DNA of 64,000 bases from Trichormus sp. ATA11-4-KO1 (GTDB lineage: Bacteria > Cyanobacteriota > Cyanobacteriia > Cyanobacteriales > Nostocaceae), in the NCBI GenBank assembly GCA_019358915.1, contig JAHHIM010000001.1, forward strand, positions 64,001-128,000. Direction: 5' to 3'. This document shows positions 1 through 9,335 of this stretch, piece by piece. Position numbers and translations under genes: made by a program. Every line of letters starts with the position of its first letter. Positions within the stretch are counted from its first letter, which is position 1. Under the pieces are notes generated by a model. That model worked only from the letters and a program-made list of their open reading frames with translations, was not told the DNA's origin and ran no database searches.

Positions 1-14
1 CCAGCCTCCAGGAA

Positions 15-593
15 TTGCGGGAAATACGTAAAACAGGGTTAAATCTTCCTGATTGGCAAACTGTTGAACAAGCTGAACAACAGATTGGCACAGGTAAATG
101 GTCATTGCAGATTCTCAAGAACGAAAAATTGCAATCTCAAGCAATATTGCTTTTGCATCCGCAAAATGGCCCGATGGATCAACCAGAGGTAGAGTGGACT
201 GATATTAACGGCTGGGGAAGGTCTCGTTGGGGAAAATGGGATATAGCTCAATCTCGATCTGCCCAATTTACCGTCAAACGACCCCTAAAGTCAGGGTCAA
301 ATACTGAAGCTAAGGTAGAAGCTAGATTCTTTCGTGTCTCCACCCCACAGGAAACCTTCGCTATCTTGCAATGGTATGCTACACCAAATGGTGGACATCC
401 ATCGCCTTTACGCTGGTTCCTAGCAGATCAATTGGCACAATGGCATAAAAAACGTGTTCCTTGGGTTAGTGTAAGCATAATGATTCCCATGGAACCTTTA
501 GGCCAGGTGGAAACTACTTGGACTGTAGCACAGTCTATTGGTGAAACAGTACAAGCTACCTTGATGGCAGGTCCTTTGGAGAAAAGTCCATGA
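15..593 (+). CDS. cyanoexosortase B system-associated protein (5' truncated by window edge)
   Basis: Motifs LLLHPQNGPMDQPEVEW, VEARFFR and QWYATPNGGHPSP..WF..DQ..QW...RVPW; sits upstream of wza/wzc-like genes, the usual context. Confidence 0.75.
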   Translation: MREIRKTGLNLPDWQTVEQAEQQIGTGKWSLQILKNEKLQSQAILLLHPQNGPMDQPEVEWTDINGWGRSRWGKWDIAQSRSAQFTVKRPLKSGSNTEAKVEARFFRVSTPQETFAILQWYATPNGGHPSPLRWFLADQLAQWHKKRVPWVSVSIMIPMEPLGQVETTWTVAQSIGETVQATLMAGPLEKSP

Positions 594-789
594 GTGTGTC
601 GGTTTTTACATAAATGTGGCAACTATCCCGACTTGTGAATCTACCCTCAAGATTAAAAGTTAGTTAAAGTATGAAATCCACAGTTAAAAGTGTCACCATA
701 CAAGGAGATATTTAAAATACTTACAGAGTAAAATAACCACTTAGTGGGACTCATTTTGAATTCAGCTTTACCATGATTCCAGTTTTCAT

Positions 790-2136
790 ATGCGTGCATC
801 ATTTAATGCCCTGTGCTTGGTTAGTTATCAGATAGGCCTTTTGTTCACAACCCCTGGACAAAGTGTTGTTGCTCAACCTTTACCATCTCCAGGGCAGCCG
901 TCAGGCACTGTTGAAGTGCAACCACTGTTGCAACCCCCTGCGCCACCCCCAGGTAATGAGGGATTCAATAACGAAATTTCTCCCCAAATCGACCGTTATC
1001 TCCTAGGACCAGGAGATGTAATTAACGTTGTGTTTCAGCGCCCTCCTGGCCCCTATCGCTTAGGACCAGGAGATACAATTAGCGTTTCAGTTCAGCGCTT
1101 TCCAGATTTAAGTTTTCAAGCTGCAATTAACCCAGAAGGCAACATTATAGTGCCACTTCTCGGCACAGTATCCTTGCAAGGTTTGAGTTTGGAAGAAGCA
1201 CAAGAAAAAATTCGGTCGTTGCTCAATCGTTTTGTAATTGACCCCATCGTAGTTTTATCTTTAACTGGGCAACGTCCAGATTCGAGTTTTCAAGCCCAAA
1301 TTAATCCAGAAGGCAATATTGTAGTCCCGCAAGTGGGAACAGTGTCCTTACAAGGCTTGAGTTTGGAAGAAGCACAAGAAAAAATTCGTTTGAGTTTAAG
1401 TCGCATTTTGGTTGACCCGATGTTGGTCGTTTCACTGACATCACCACGGCCAGTTCAAGTGACCATTAGCGGTGAAGTATTTCGACCAGGAATTTACCCT
1501 GTAACTTCTTCAACAGCTCGTGTGGCTGAAGCTTTGTTCACAGCTGGTGGTTCTACGATGGCCGCAGACCTACGACAAGTACAAGTACGCCGCAGGTTGA
1601 TTGATGGTTCTGTGATTTCACAAACTGTCGATTTGTATGCAGTATTGCAGAATGACGGATCTCTGCCTAGCTTACGCTTACAAGATGGGGATGCAATAGT
1701 TGTACCGCGCCGGGAAATTGGTAATGATGACGGTTACGATCGCAACTTAGTAGCTCGCTCATCCTTGGCTGTACCGCAAATTCGCGTCCGGGTTTTAAAC
1801 TACTCTGCATCCGGAATTGTGACTCAAGCGCTGCCTAATGGTAGTAATTTTGTTGATGTTTTAGCGGGAATCAATCTGGATAGAGCTAACCTCCGGGACA
1901 TTGCCTTAGTACGCTTCGACCCTGAACAAGGTAAAGCTGTTACCCAAAAACTGGATGCGAACAAAGCTCTTTCCGGCGATGCGTCTCAAAATGTGCCACT
2001 TCAAGATAATGATGTAATTGTTGTTGGTCGGAATTTGATTAGTAGAATTACTAATTTTTTGAGTACTATTACTCAGCCTTTTTTCAATATTCGGACTTTC
2101 CTCAATTTCTTTGAAAACTTTGGCGGCTCTAGGTAG
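790..2136 (+). CDS. polysaccharide export protein, Wza-like (Poly_export + SLBB domains)
   Basis: YxLGPGD motifs, INPEGNI.VP.GTV..QGLSLEEA, GEVFRPGIY, LQDGDAIVVP. Confidence 0.9.
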   Translation: MRASFNALCLVSYQIGLLFTTPGQSVVAQPLPSPGQPSGTVEVQPLLQPPAPPPGNEGFNNEISPQIDRYLLGPGDVINVVFQRPPGPYRLGPGDTISVSVQRFPDLSFQAAINPEGNIIVPLLGTVSLQGLSLEEAQEKIRSLLNRFVIDPIVVLSLTGQRPDSSFQAQINPEGNIVVPQVGTVSLQGLSLEEAQEKIRLSLSRILVDPMLVVSLTSPRPVQVTISGEVFRPGIYPVTSSTARVAEALFTAGGSTMAADLRQVQVRRRLIDGSVISQTVDLYAVLQNDGSLPSLRLQDGDAIVVPRREIGNDDGYDRNLVARSSLAVPQIRVRVLNYSASGIVTQALPNGSNFVDVLAGINLDRANLRDIALVRFDPEQGKAVTQKLDANKALSGDASQNVPLQDNDVIVVGRNLISRITNFLSTITQPFFNIRTFLNFFENFGGSR

Positions 2137-2282
2137 GTTTGCCAACCTTTGTGGCTGATAGCAATAGACATAGAAAATGGCGCAATGGAGTGACTAATAA
2201 CACATGAATGATCAATAATGATTAATAACTCAAAACTATTGAAGATTGACTAAGTTCAAACCTATTCTTATATGCCTCTGCC

Positions 2283-4433
2283 ATGACTCCACCAATTGTC
2301 AAGCGCTATATTATTGCTTTTGAAAAATACAAATGGATTGGATTAGCCAGCTTCGCTTTAGTTGTAGCGGGTTCAACAGTGGTGGCTATACAGCCAGAAC
2401 CACCACCCAGCTACATAGCAGACGGCGCACTTACCTACACTCGTCCACCAGTTTCGTTCTCAGCAACTGGTAGTGAAATTCAGCAACAAGGACAGGAACT
2501 AACTCAACAAGTTTTGCTATCAGACCAGATTGTCGAAACTGTAGCAACGAAGGTTAATGTTAAACCAGCAACGATTGGGACAAATGTTGCCTTGCGTCTA
2601 CCGAATAGAAGCAATCCCGCAGAAGCTCAATCGACAATCATTGAGTTGAAATATAAAGATACTGACCCTCAGCGTGCTCAAGAGGTATTGCAGGAATTAA
2701 TGCAAGCCATGATCAATCTGAGCGGTGATATTAATACTGAGCGATTAAAAGCAATTATTCAAAAAATTAATGAGCGTTTACCGCAGGCTAAGTCAGAACT
2801 TGAAGGAGCAGAGCAGAAGCTAGAACAGTATGATCGCCGAGAGCGTCCGGCAATATTGGCAGCAGAAAATGGTAGTTTATTGGGCGCAGTCACTAACAGC
2901 CAAAATCAGCAACGGTTAATCCAACTAACTATTGCGGGAATTGATGCCCAAATTCGCAGTTTACAAGAAAAGTTGGGTTTAAATGTTGGCCAAGCTTATG
3001 TTTCTTCGGCTTTGAGTGCCGATCCCATTCTGGCCAACTTGCGATCGCAAATTTACCAAGCTGAATCTCAAATCACTTTACTTAGTAAAGATTTACGACC
3101 TGAACACCCAACAATGATTCAGTTGCAGCGTCAGAAACAATCAATTGAAGAATTACTGCAACAACGGGCGACTGAGGTAGTAGGGGGTGGTGGTACAGCA
3201 GCGCCTTTACCTGGGAATATTTCTGGTATTCGCGAGCGAAGCAGCTTAGATCCAGCTAGGCAACAACTAGCAAACCAGATGGTAGGTTTGGAAACCCAAA
3301 GAGAGACATTAGAACAACAATTAGCTCAACAAATTAGAGAAGAAGAGCGATTACGACAGGAGTATTCCCAAATACCTAATAAGCAACTAGAGCGATCGCG
3401 CTTGGAACAAGAGGTGGGACTCAAAAAAGCTGTTTTTGACCAAATGCAGGCGAAGTTAACTGATGCCAGAACCGCAGAAGCTGAAACAATCAGTAGCTTA
3501 ACAGTTGCCAGAATCCCCAACGTGGTGACCGATGCCAAACAAGCTAGAAGTGTACCTCTCACCTTGGGTGTTGGTGGTTTCTTGGGATTGTTGGTTGGCG
3601 GTGGGGTCGTATTTTTATTGGGGTCTTTGGAAGGAACCTTCAAAACCAAGGAAGACATCCGCGACAGCTTCAGGCAAAGGGAAACTGCCCTGTTGGGAGA
3701 ATTGCCTTTAATGCCTGTAGATGATTTAGATAAAGCAGCCGTACCTGTAATCCTTTCCCCAGATTCTCCTTATTTGGAGTTTTATGAAAAGTTTCGCAGT
3801 AATTTGCGCCGCATTGGTGGTAAAAACTTGAAGGTGCTGTTGATTACTAGCACTAGCAGTCAAGAAGGTAAGACGGTGAGTGCTTATAACTTGGGTATAG
3901 CATCCGCCCGTGCAGGTAAACGAACCTTGATTATCGAAACAGATTTGCGATCGCCTTCCCGCGCTGCATCCCTGAACGTAACTCCCGATAACGAAGCCAC
4001 TATTGAACCCCTGCGCTATTATGCCAGGCTGAGTGAGTGCGTCCGGATGGTTCCTGATGTAGAAAATCTCTATATTATTCCCAGCCCTGGCCCTGTGCGT
4101 CAATCTGCTGCTGTGATTGAATCAAGTGAAATGCAACGGCTGATGAAGGATGTCCGGGAACGTTTTGATTTAGTGATTTTAGATACTAATCCCCTCAGCT
4201 TATCTAATGATCCTTTGTTAATCCAACCTTATAGCGATGGCATAGTATTAGTCGCGCGGCCAAACTATACACAAGAAAATATGTTGGGAGAAGCTATTGA
4301 TCAATTAGTTGAGTATGAACTAGGTTTGTTGGGAGGCATTATCAACGGTGCTGATATTCTTGTTTCATCCCCTCAGCCAATGGAAGAATCAGAAATGGTA
4401 GAAGAAGTTTCAGCTAGTGCCAGCAACAACTAA
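2283..4433 (+). CDS. GumC/Wzc-family polysaccharide chain-length regulator with tyrosine-kinase-like domain
   Basis: Two TM segments flanking a coiled coil; C-terminal ITSTSSQEGKT Walker A, ETDLRSP, VILDT. Confidence 0.9.
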   Translation: MTPPIVKRYIIAFEKYKWIGLASFALVVAGSTVVAIQPEPPPSYIADGALTYTRPPVSFSATGSEIQQQGQELTQQVLLSDQIVETVATKVNVKPATIGTNVALRLPNRSNPAEAQSTIIELKYKDTDPQRAQEVLQELMQAMINLSGDINTERLKAIIQKINERLPQAKSELEGAEQKLEQYDRRERPAILAAENGSLLGAVTNSQNQQRLIQLTIAGIDAQIRSLQEKLGLNVGQAYVSSALSADPILANLRSQIYQAESQITLLSKDLRPEHPTMIQLQRQKQSIEELLQQRATEVVGGGGTAAPLPGNISGIRERSSLDPARQQLANQMVGLETQRETLEQQLAQQIREEERLRQEYSQIPNKQLERSRLEQEVGLKKAVFDQMQAKLTDARTAEAETISSLTVARIPNVVTDAKQARSVPLTLGVGGFLGLLVGGGVVFLLGSLEGTFKTKEDIRDSFRQRETALLGELPLMPVDDLDKAAVPVILSPDSPYLEFYEKFRSNLRRIGGKNLKVLLITSTSSQEGKTVSAYNLGIASARAGKRTLIIETDLRSPSRAASLNVTPDNEATIEPLRYYARLSECVRMVPDVENLYIIPSPGPVRQSAAVIESSEMQRLMKDVRERFDLVILDTNPLSLSNDPLLIQPYSDGIVLVARPNYTQENMLGEAIDQLVEYELGLLGGIINGADILVSSPQPMEESEMVEEVSASASNN

Positions 4434-4496
4434 TTTCCTCCACAATACTGTCATGGGTGAAGGGTAATACAAATGATTACCCTTCACCCATTTTAA

Positions 4497-5168
4497 TTAG
4501 TCACGCCTAAATAACCCAAATAACGGGCCAAGAATCACTCCAAAAACAAAGCCGCCAATGTGTGCCCAGTAAGCAACTCCACCTGTTTCTACACTCATAT
4601 TGGCAGCTGCTTGTAGGTTGGCTAGACCGGATATCACATTCTGGATAAAGAAAATTCCGATGAGAATCATTGCGGGAATTCTAATTGTAGTGACGAAAAA
4701 ACCCAAAAAGGCTAAAGTCAAAATTCTAGATTGGGGAAAACGGATGATGTATGCACCTAAAATTCCCGCGATCGCACCACTTGCTCCCAATGAAGGAATT
4801 GTCGAATCCATAGCAATAAACCACTGACACAAAGCGGCTAAAGCACCACAACTCAGATAAAAAATTAGATACTTGAAGTGACCCAAGCGGTCTTCAATAT
4901 TATTACCAAAGACCCAGAGAAATACCATATTTGAGATTAGATGCCACCAACCACCGTGTAAGAATTGCGACGTAAATAACGTAGTCCACTCCTCAGCAAA
5001 GTTAGTGGTTAACTCTCGTGGTATCACCGCATACATGCGGAAGAATTGCTCTAATTGTTCACTGGACAAACTCACTTCATGAAGGAAAACTAAAATATTC
5101 ATCCCAATCAACCCGTAAGTGAAATACGGGGTGATTCGCGTCGGGTTTTCGTCATAGAGGGGAAACAC
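4497..5168 (-). CDS. rhomboid family intramembrane serine protease
   Basis: FLHGGWWHLISNM, GASGAI (catalytic Ser), AHIGG (catalytic His); GTG start. Confidence 0.93.
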   Translation of the reverse strand: MFPLYDENPTRITPYFTYGLIGMNILVFLHEVSLSSEQLEQFFRMYAVIPRELTTNFAEEWTTLFTSQFLHGGWWHLISNMVFLWVFGNNIEDRLGHFKYLIFYLSCGALAALCQWFIAMDSTIPSLGASGAIAGILGAYIIRFPQSRILTLAFLGFFVTTIRIPAMILIGIFFIQNVISGLANLQAAANMSVETGGVAYWAHIGGFVFGVILGPLFGLFRRD

Positions 5169-5228
5169 AGGTGTTTTTCCTAATCATCGCTTATTTGCAA
5201 TATAGCCTGTGTTGCTGACAGATGCTGA

Positions 5229-5480
5229 ACTAAGTACAGATTTGCGTAAAATCGTGGCGAATTGAGCGTGGAAATTTAAACGCAAAGGGGAGACAGCGCG
5301 TTGGTGAGGCAGTCCGGTCTTGGGGGTTTCCCCCAGGAGGAACTGCCGTAAAGCCCTAACAGGCATAGCTGCGCTTACCGCATAGCGTGCCGTAGGCATA
5401 AGGCTTTGCCGACTTGTAGCGACTGTCGTGCGCAGAGGTACGCAAAGAATTCGCTACGAATTAATGAAATGTTGTACTAA
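5229..5480. repeat. cluster of nested small dispersed repeats (SDR/MITE-like)
   Basis: GC-rich hairpin units such as GGCAGT..GGGGGTTTCCCCC..ACTGCC, AAGCC..GGCTT and GACAG..CTGTC nested in an intergenic gap. Confidence 0.55.
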
Positions 5481-5528
5481 ACTCACCCTAAACCCAAAAT
5501 ACAAGTCTGGGAACTTTTGCATCGCAAC

Positions 5529-6248
5529 TTATCCAGGCAAAGATTCTTCCTGAGATTTATCGCCAAACAAACCCAGCAATGGAGCCAGAACAGCACCAAA
5601 AAGAAAACCACCTGCATGGGCCCAGTAGGCAATACCGCCACTTTCCATACCGATGTTGGTGGGTGTTTCTAGACTAACAAGTCCGTAGAAAGCTTGTTGG
5701 ACAAACCACAATCCCAAAAAGAAATATGCTGGGACGCGAAAAGTGGGAAAGAAGAATCCTAAAGGTATGACACCGAGAATTTCGACTTGGGGAAACCGAA
5801 GAATATATGCTCCCATAACACCTGCGATCGCACCACTTGCTCCTAAAGATGGAATTTGAGAATTTTGAGCAAAGAACCATTGGGCTAAAGATGCTAAGAC
5901 ACCGCAAGCTAAATAGAACAGTAAATATTTAGCATGACCTAACTTTTCTTCCACATTGTTACCAAAAACCCAGAGAAACAACATATTGCCCCCTAGGTGT
6001 AACAAACCGCCATGCAGAAATTGTGAAGTAATTAAAGTTGCCCACTCTGGTACTGGCTGATTAACAGAGACACCAGCAAAACTTAAACTAAGTTCTCTCG
6101 GGACTACAGCCGCAAGATGTAAAAACCCATTTAATGCTTCGGGGGGAAGACTTGCTTCATAAAGAAAAGCCAAGACATTGGCTGCAATCAGTCCATAAGT
6201 CACATAAGGTGTGATTTTTGTAGGATTGTTATCTTTAATGGGAACCAC
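5529..6248 (-). CDS. rhomboid family intramembrane serine protease (paralog of neighbour)
   Basis: FLHGGLLHLGGNM, GASGAI, AHAGG. Confidence 0.93.
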   Translation of the reverse strand: MVPIKDNNPTKITPYVTYGLIAANVLAFLYEASLPPEALNGFLHLAAVVPRELSLSFAGVSVNQPVPEWATLITSQFLHGGLLHLGGNMLFLWVFGNNVEEKLGHAKYLLFYLACGVLASLAQWFFAQNSQIPSLGASGAIAGVMGAYILRFPQVEILGVIPLGFFFPTFRVPAYFFLGLWFVQQAFYGLVSLETPTNIGMESGGIAYWAHAGGFLFGAVLAPLLGLFGDKSQEESLPG

Positions 6249-6350
6249 GGATGTTGTCCTAATTTTCCAGCAACTAGCTTCAATTTACTGAATTTTGTCA
6301 GTATTTTCTTCTACCTGTGGTTGGGATTAATCATGATTTACTCAAAACAA

Positions 6351-6378
6351 GCCCTTCTACTTTCATCGTCAGAAGGGC
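6351..6378 (-). terminator. hairpin downstream of the small-ORF pair
   Basis: GCCCTTCT-N12-AGAAGGGC inverted repeat. Confidence 0.5.
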
Positions 6379-6401
6379 GGCGTTATGCTCGTAAAAACAC
6401 C

Positions 6402-6692
6402 TCAATTATTTTCAAACTCCGACGCAGACCTCAGCAAAAATAAATTTTTACGTTTGTGCTTATGCTTATTCTGGAGGATAGCTAAATAATTATCAGCGTA
6501 GCGGAAAGCTGATGCACAGTCATAAGCAGCAATGGCTACAGCTTGCAAGAAAACTTTTATGGGAATTTCAAACCCTGAAAGCTTTTGGGTTAAAATTAGT
6601 AACTCTCTATCTGTTGCTGGCAAAGCAGTTTCTTCTCCCCATTCTGATTCTGGGTCATTAAAGAAGATATCTTCAATTAACGCTTTGGACAT
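6402..6692 (-). CDS. hypothetical protein
   Basis: ORF starting MSKALIED with GGAGG RBS upstream; overlaps the end of the upstream ORF. Confidence 0.6.
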   Translation of the reverse strand: MSKALIEDIFFNDPESEWGEETALPATDRELLILTQKLSGFEIPIKVFLQAVAIAAYDCASAFRYADNYLAILQNKHKHKRKNLFLLRSASEFENN

Positions 6693-6918
6693 TTTGTACC
6701 TCCCCAAAAGCATAAGATGCGAAACCTGCGATAAAATTTAGCTGTTGCTCACGAGTTTGTAAGTTAACTGGAAGTTCAGTGTCGGGACAGCCTATTTCTT
6801 TTAAAATCTCCAAACAATAAGCACTGATGTCAGTGTGTGAAGCTTGCTCCCACTGAAGAGCGACCTCTTTGGCCATTGCCAGATTGACTCGAATAACTGT
6901 CTTTGCAGGGCTGTTCAT
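6673..6918 (-). CDS. hypothetical protein
   Basis: 81 aa ORF, ATG start, apparently coupled to 6402-6692. Confidence 0.55.
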   Translation of the reverse strand: MNSPAKTVIRVNLAMAKEVALQWEQASHTDISAYCLEILKEIGCPDTELPVNLQTREQQLNFIAGFASYAFGEVQNVQSVN

Positions 6919-7485
6919 AAATGCACCCTAATAAACTGGATAGTTGCAGTTTTGATCAGAAGCACAAATCAGCGTAACCGTATTTTTGCGGGATTTATGA
7001 AGACGGTCAATTGAAGCGTCAGCGCATTTGCGGAAAGCTTTACCAAGCGATCGCCTACATTCTTTGACCAATTGCTACACTGAAAAAAATTTGCGCCAGT
7101 GTTGCATTGATTCTGGAGTATTCCACTGAGTTGAGAATAAATGATAATTAACCTAATTTTTACTTAGAGATTTGCCTAGCAATCTGATTTGATTCCTCAA
7201 TCATTGGCACAGAGTGGGAACAGAGATTCAATGTGTACTGAGTGTTTTTCAAACATCAAATAGGATTTTTATATTTATAATTTTGGTTGAGCTAACAAAA
7301 CCTAGCCTTTGGTAATCAATGCTGTAAAATTTGCCCAAAGAAGATGTGTGACAGGCTACAAAAAACAGGCTTTTAGTTAAGGTTAAGACAGCGAAATAGA
7401 CGATTTTCTAGTTAATTTTTGTTAATATTGGAGACGGTGTTAGTACTTCGTCCTTAACTACCCATTCCTTACTGAGAGAAACTTG

Positions 7486-9180
7486 ATGCTGCGACTCGAA
7501 CATATCAGTAAAATTTATCCCACAGGCGAGGTTCTCAAAGATATCAATTGGGAAGTCAAACCAGGCGATCGCATTGGCTTAGTCGGTGTCAACGGTGCAG
7601 GAAAATCTACTCAGCTAAAAATTATCACTGGGGAAATTGAACCCACCGCCGGCGAAATCATTCGTCCCGCCAGCTTACACATAGCCTACCTCAACCAAGA
7701 GTTTGAAGTAGATCCCAGCCGCACGGTTAAAGAAGAATTTTGGACGGTTTTTGCCGAAGCCAATCAAGTCCAAATTTCTCTAGCCCAGGTACAGCGAGAG
7801 ATGGAAACGGCGACACCAGAGGAACTGGATCAACTGATTAACAAATTGGATCGCTTACAACGTCAATTTGAAGCCTTAGATGGTTATGGCTTAGACGCAC
7901 GGATTGGGAAAATTTTACCGGAGATGGGGTTTGATTTTGAAGATGGCGATCGCCTCGTCAGTGCTTTCTCCGGCGGTTGGCAAATGCGGATGAGTTTGGG
8001 GAAAATCCTCCTGCAAAAACCCGATTTATTGCTACTGGACGAACCGACTAACCACTTGGACTTAGAAACCATTGAGTGGCTGGAAAATTACCTCAAAGGT
8101 TTGACTACACCCATGGTCATCGTCTCCCATGACCGGGAGTTTCTGGATCGCCTTTGCACCCACATTGTAGAAACTGAACGTGGTGTTTCTACCACCTACC
8201 TAGGTAACTACTCGGCGTACCTGCAACAAAAAGCCGAAAATCAATTAGCACAACTAAGTGCCTACGAACGTCAGCAGAAAGAAATCGAGAAACAGCAAAC
8301 ATTTGTTGACAGATTTCGTGCTAGTGCGACTCGCAGCACCCAAGCGAAAAGCCGGGAAAAACAACTAGAAAAAGTTGAGCGCATTGAAGCACCCATTGCT
8401 GGGGTCAAAACTCTGCATTTTCGCTTTCCCCCCGCACCTCGTAGTGGTCGGGAAGTAGTGGAGATTAAAGATTTAACTCATATCTATGATGATAAAATCT
8501 TATTCTTGGGAACCAGTCTCTTGATTGAAAGAGGCGATCGCGTTGCTTTTCTTGGTCCCAACGGTGCAGGTAAATCCACGCTGTTACGCGTAATTATGGG
8601 TATGGAACCACCTACAGAAGGTAGTGTGAAATTAGGCGATCATAATGTGATCCCCGGTTATTTTGAACAAAACCAAGCCGAAGCTCTGGACTTAAAGAAA
8701 ACTGTCATGGAAACTATTCATGATGAAGTTCCCGACTGGAAAAACGAAGAAGTCCGCACACTTTTAGGACGGTTTTTATTCACTGGCGATATGGTATTTA
8801 AGCAAGTTGGCGCATTAAGTGGGGGAGAAAAGGCGCGTTTAGCATTGGCAAAAATGCTGTTACGTCCAGCAAATCTCCTGATTTTAGATGAACCGACAAA
8901 TCACCTAGATATTCCCGCTAAAGAAATGCTGGAAGAGTCTCTACAAAACTACGATGGCACGGCAATTGTCGTTTCCCACGACCGTTATTTTATTTCCCAG
9001 GTTGCTAACAAAATCGTAGAAATCCGCGATGGGGAATTTCGGGTTTATTTGGGAGACTATCATTATTACCTAGACAAAGTAGCTGAAGAAAAAGCACAAG
9101 CCAGACAAGCAGCGATCGCGGCGGAAAAAGCTGCCAAGAAAGCTACCAAAGCGGCGAAATCTTCGGGTAAGAAAAAATGA
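7486..9180 (+). CDS. ABC-F family ATP-binding protein
   Basis: Two ABC domains (GVNGAGKST, GPNGAGKST; SGGW/SGGE; LDEPTNHLD twice), no TM segments. Confidence 0.95.
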   Translation: MLRLEHISKIYPTGEVLKDINWEVKPGDRIGLVGVNGAGKSTQLKIITGEIEPTAGEIIRPASLHIAYLNQEFEVDPSRTVKEEFWTVFAEANQVQISLAQVQREMETATPEELDQLINKLDRLQRQFEALDGYGLDARIGKILPEMGFDFEDGDRLVSAFSGGWQMRMSLGKILLQKPDLLLLDEPTNHLDLETIEWLENYLKGLTTPMVIVSHDREFLDRLCTHIVETERGVSTTYLGNYSAYLQQKAENQLAQLSAYERQQKEIEKQQTFVDRFRASATRSTQAKSREKQLEKVERIEAPIAGVKTLHFRFPPAPRSGREVVEIKDLTHIYDDKILFLGTSLLIERGDRVAFLGPNGAGKSTLLRVIMGMEPPTEGSVKLGDHNVIPGYFEQNQAEALDLKKTVMETIHDEVPDWKNEEVRTLLGRFLFTGDMVFKQVGALSGGEKARLALAKMLLRPANLLILDEPTNHLDIPAKEMLEESLQNYDGTAIVVSHDRYFISQVANKIVEIRDGEFRVYLGDYHYYLDKVAEEKAQARQAAIAAEKAAKKATKAAKSSGKKK

Positions 9181-9335
9181 TTTGTGAATATTCCCTGTTC
9201 CCTGTTCCTTTATTACCCACGCGCGAGAACCGAGAAACCCGGTTTCTTTAGCCACGCTGCAAACGGCGAGAGAAGAAGGAAAAAAAGAAAAAGTGCAGAG
9301 GGCTAAAAGGCAAGAGTGCAAAGGGCAGGGAATCC

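Noticed and set aside
5184..5399. 71-aa ORF between the rhomboid genes
   Set aside because: Lies largely in nested dispersed repeats.
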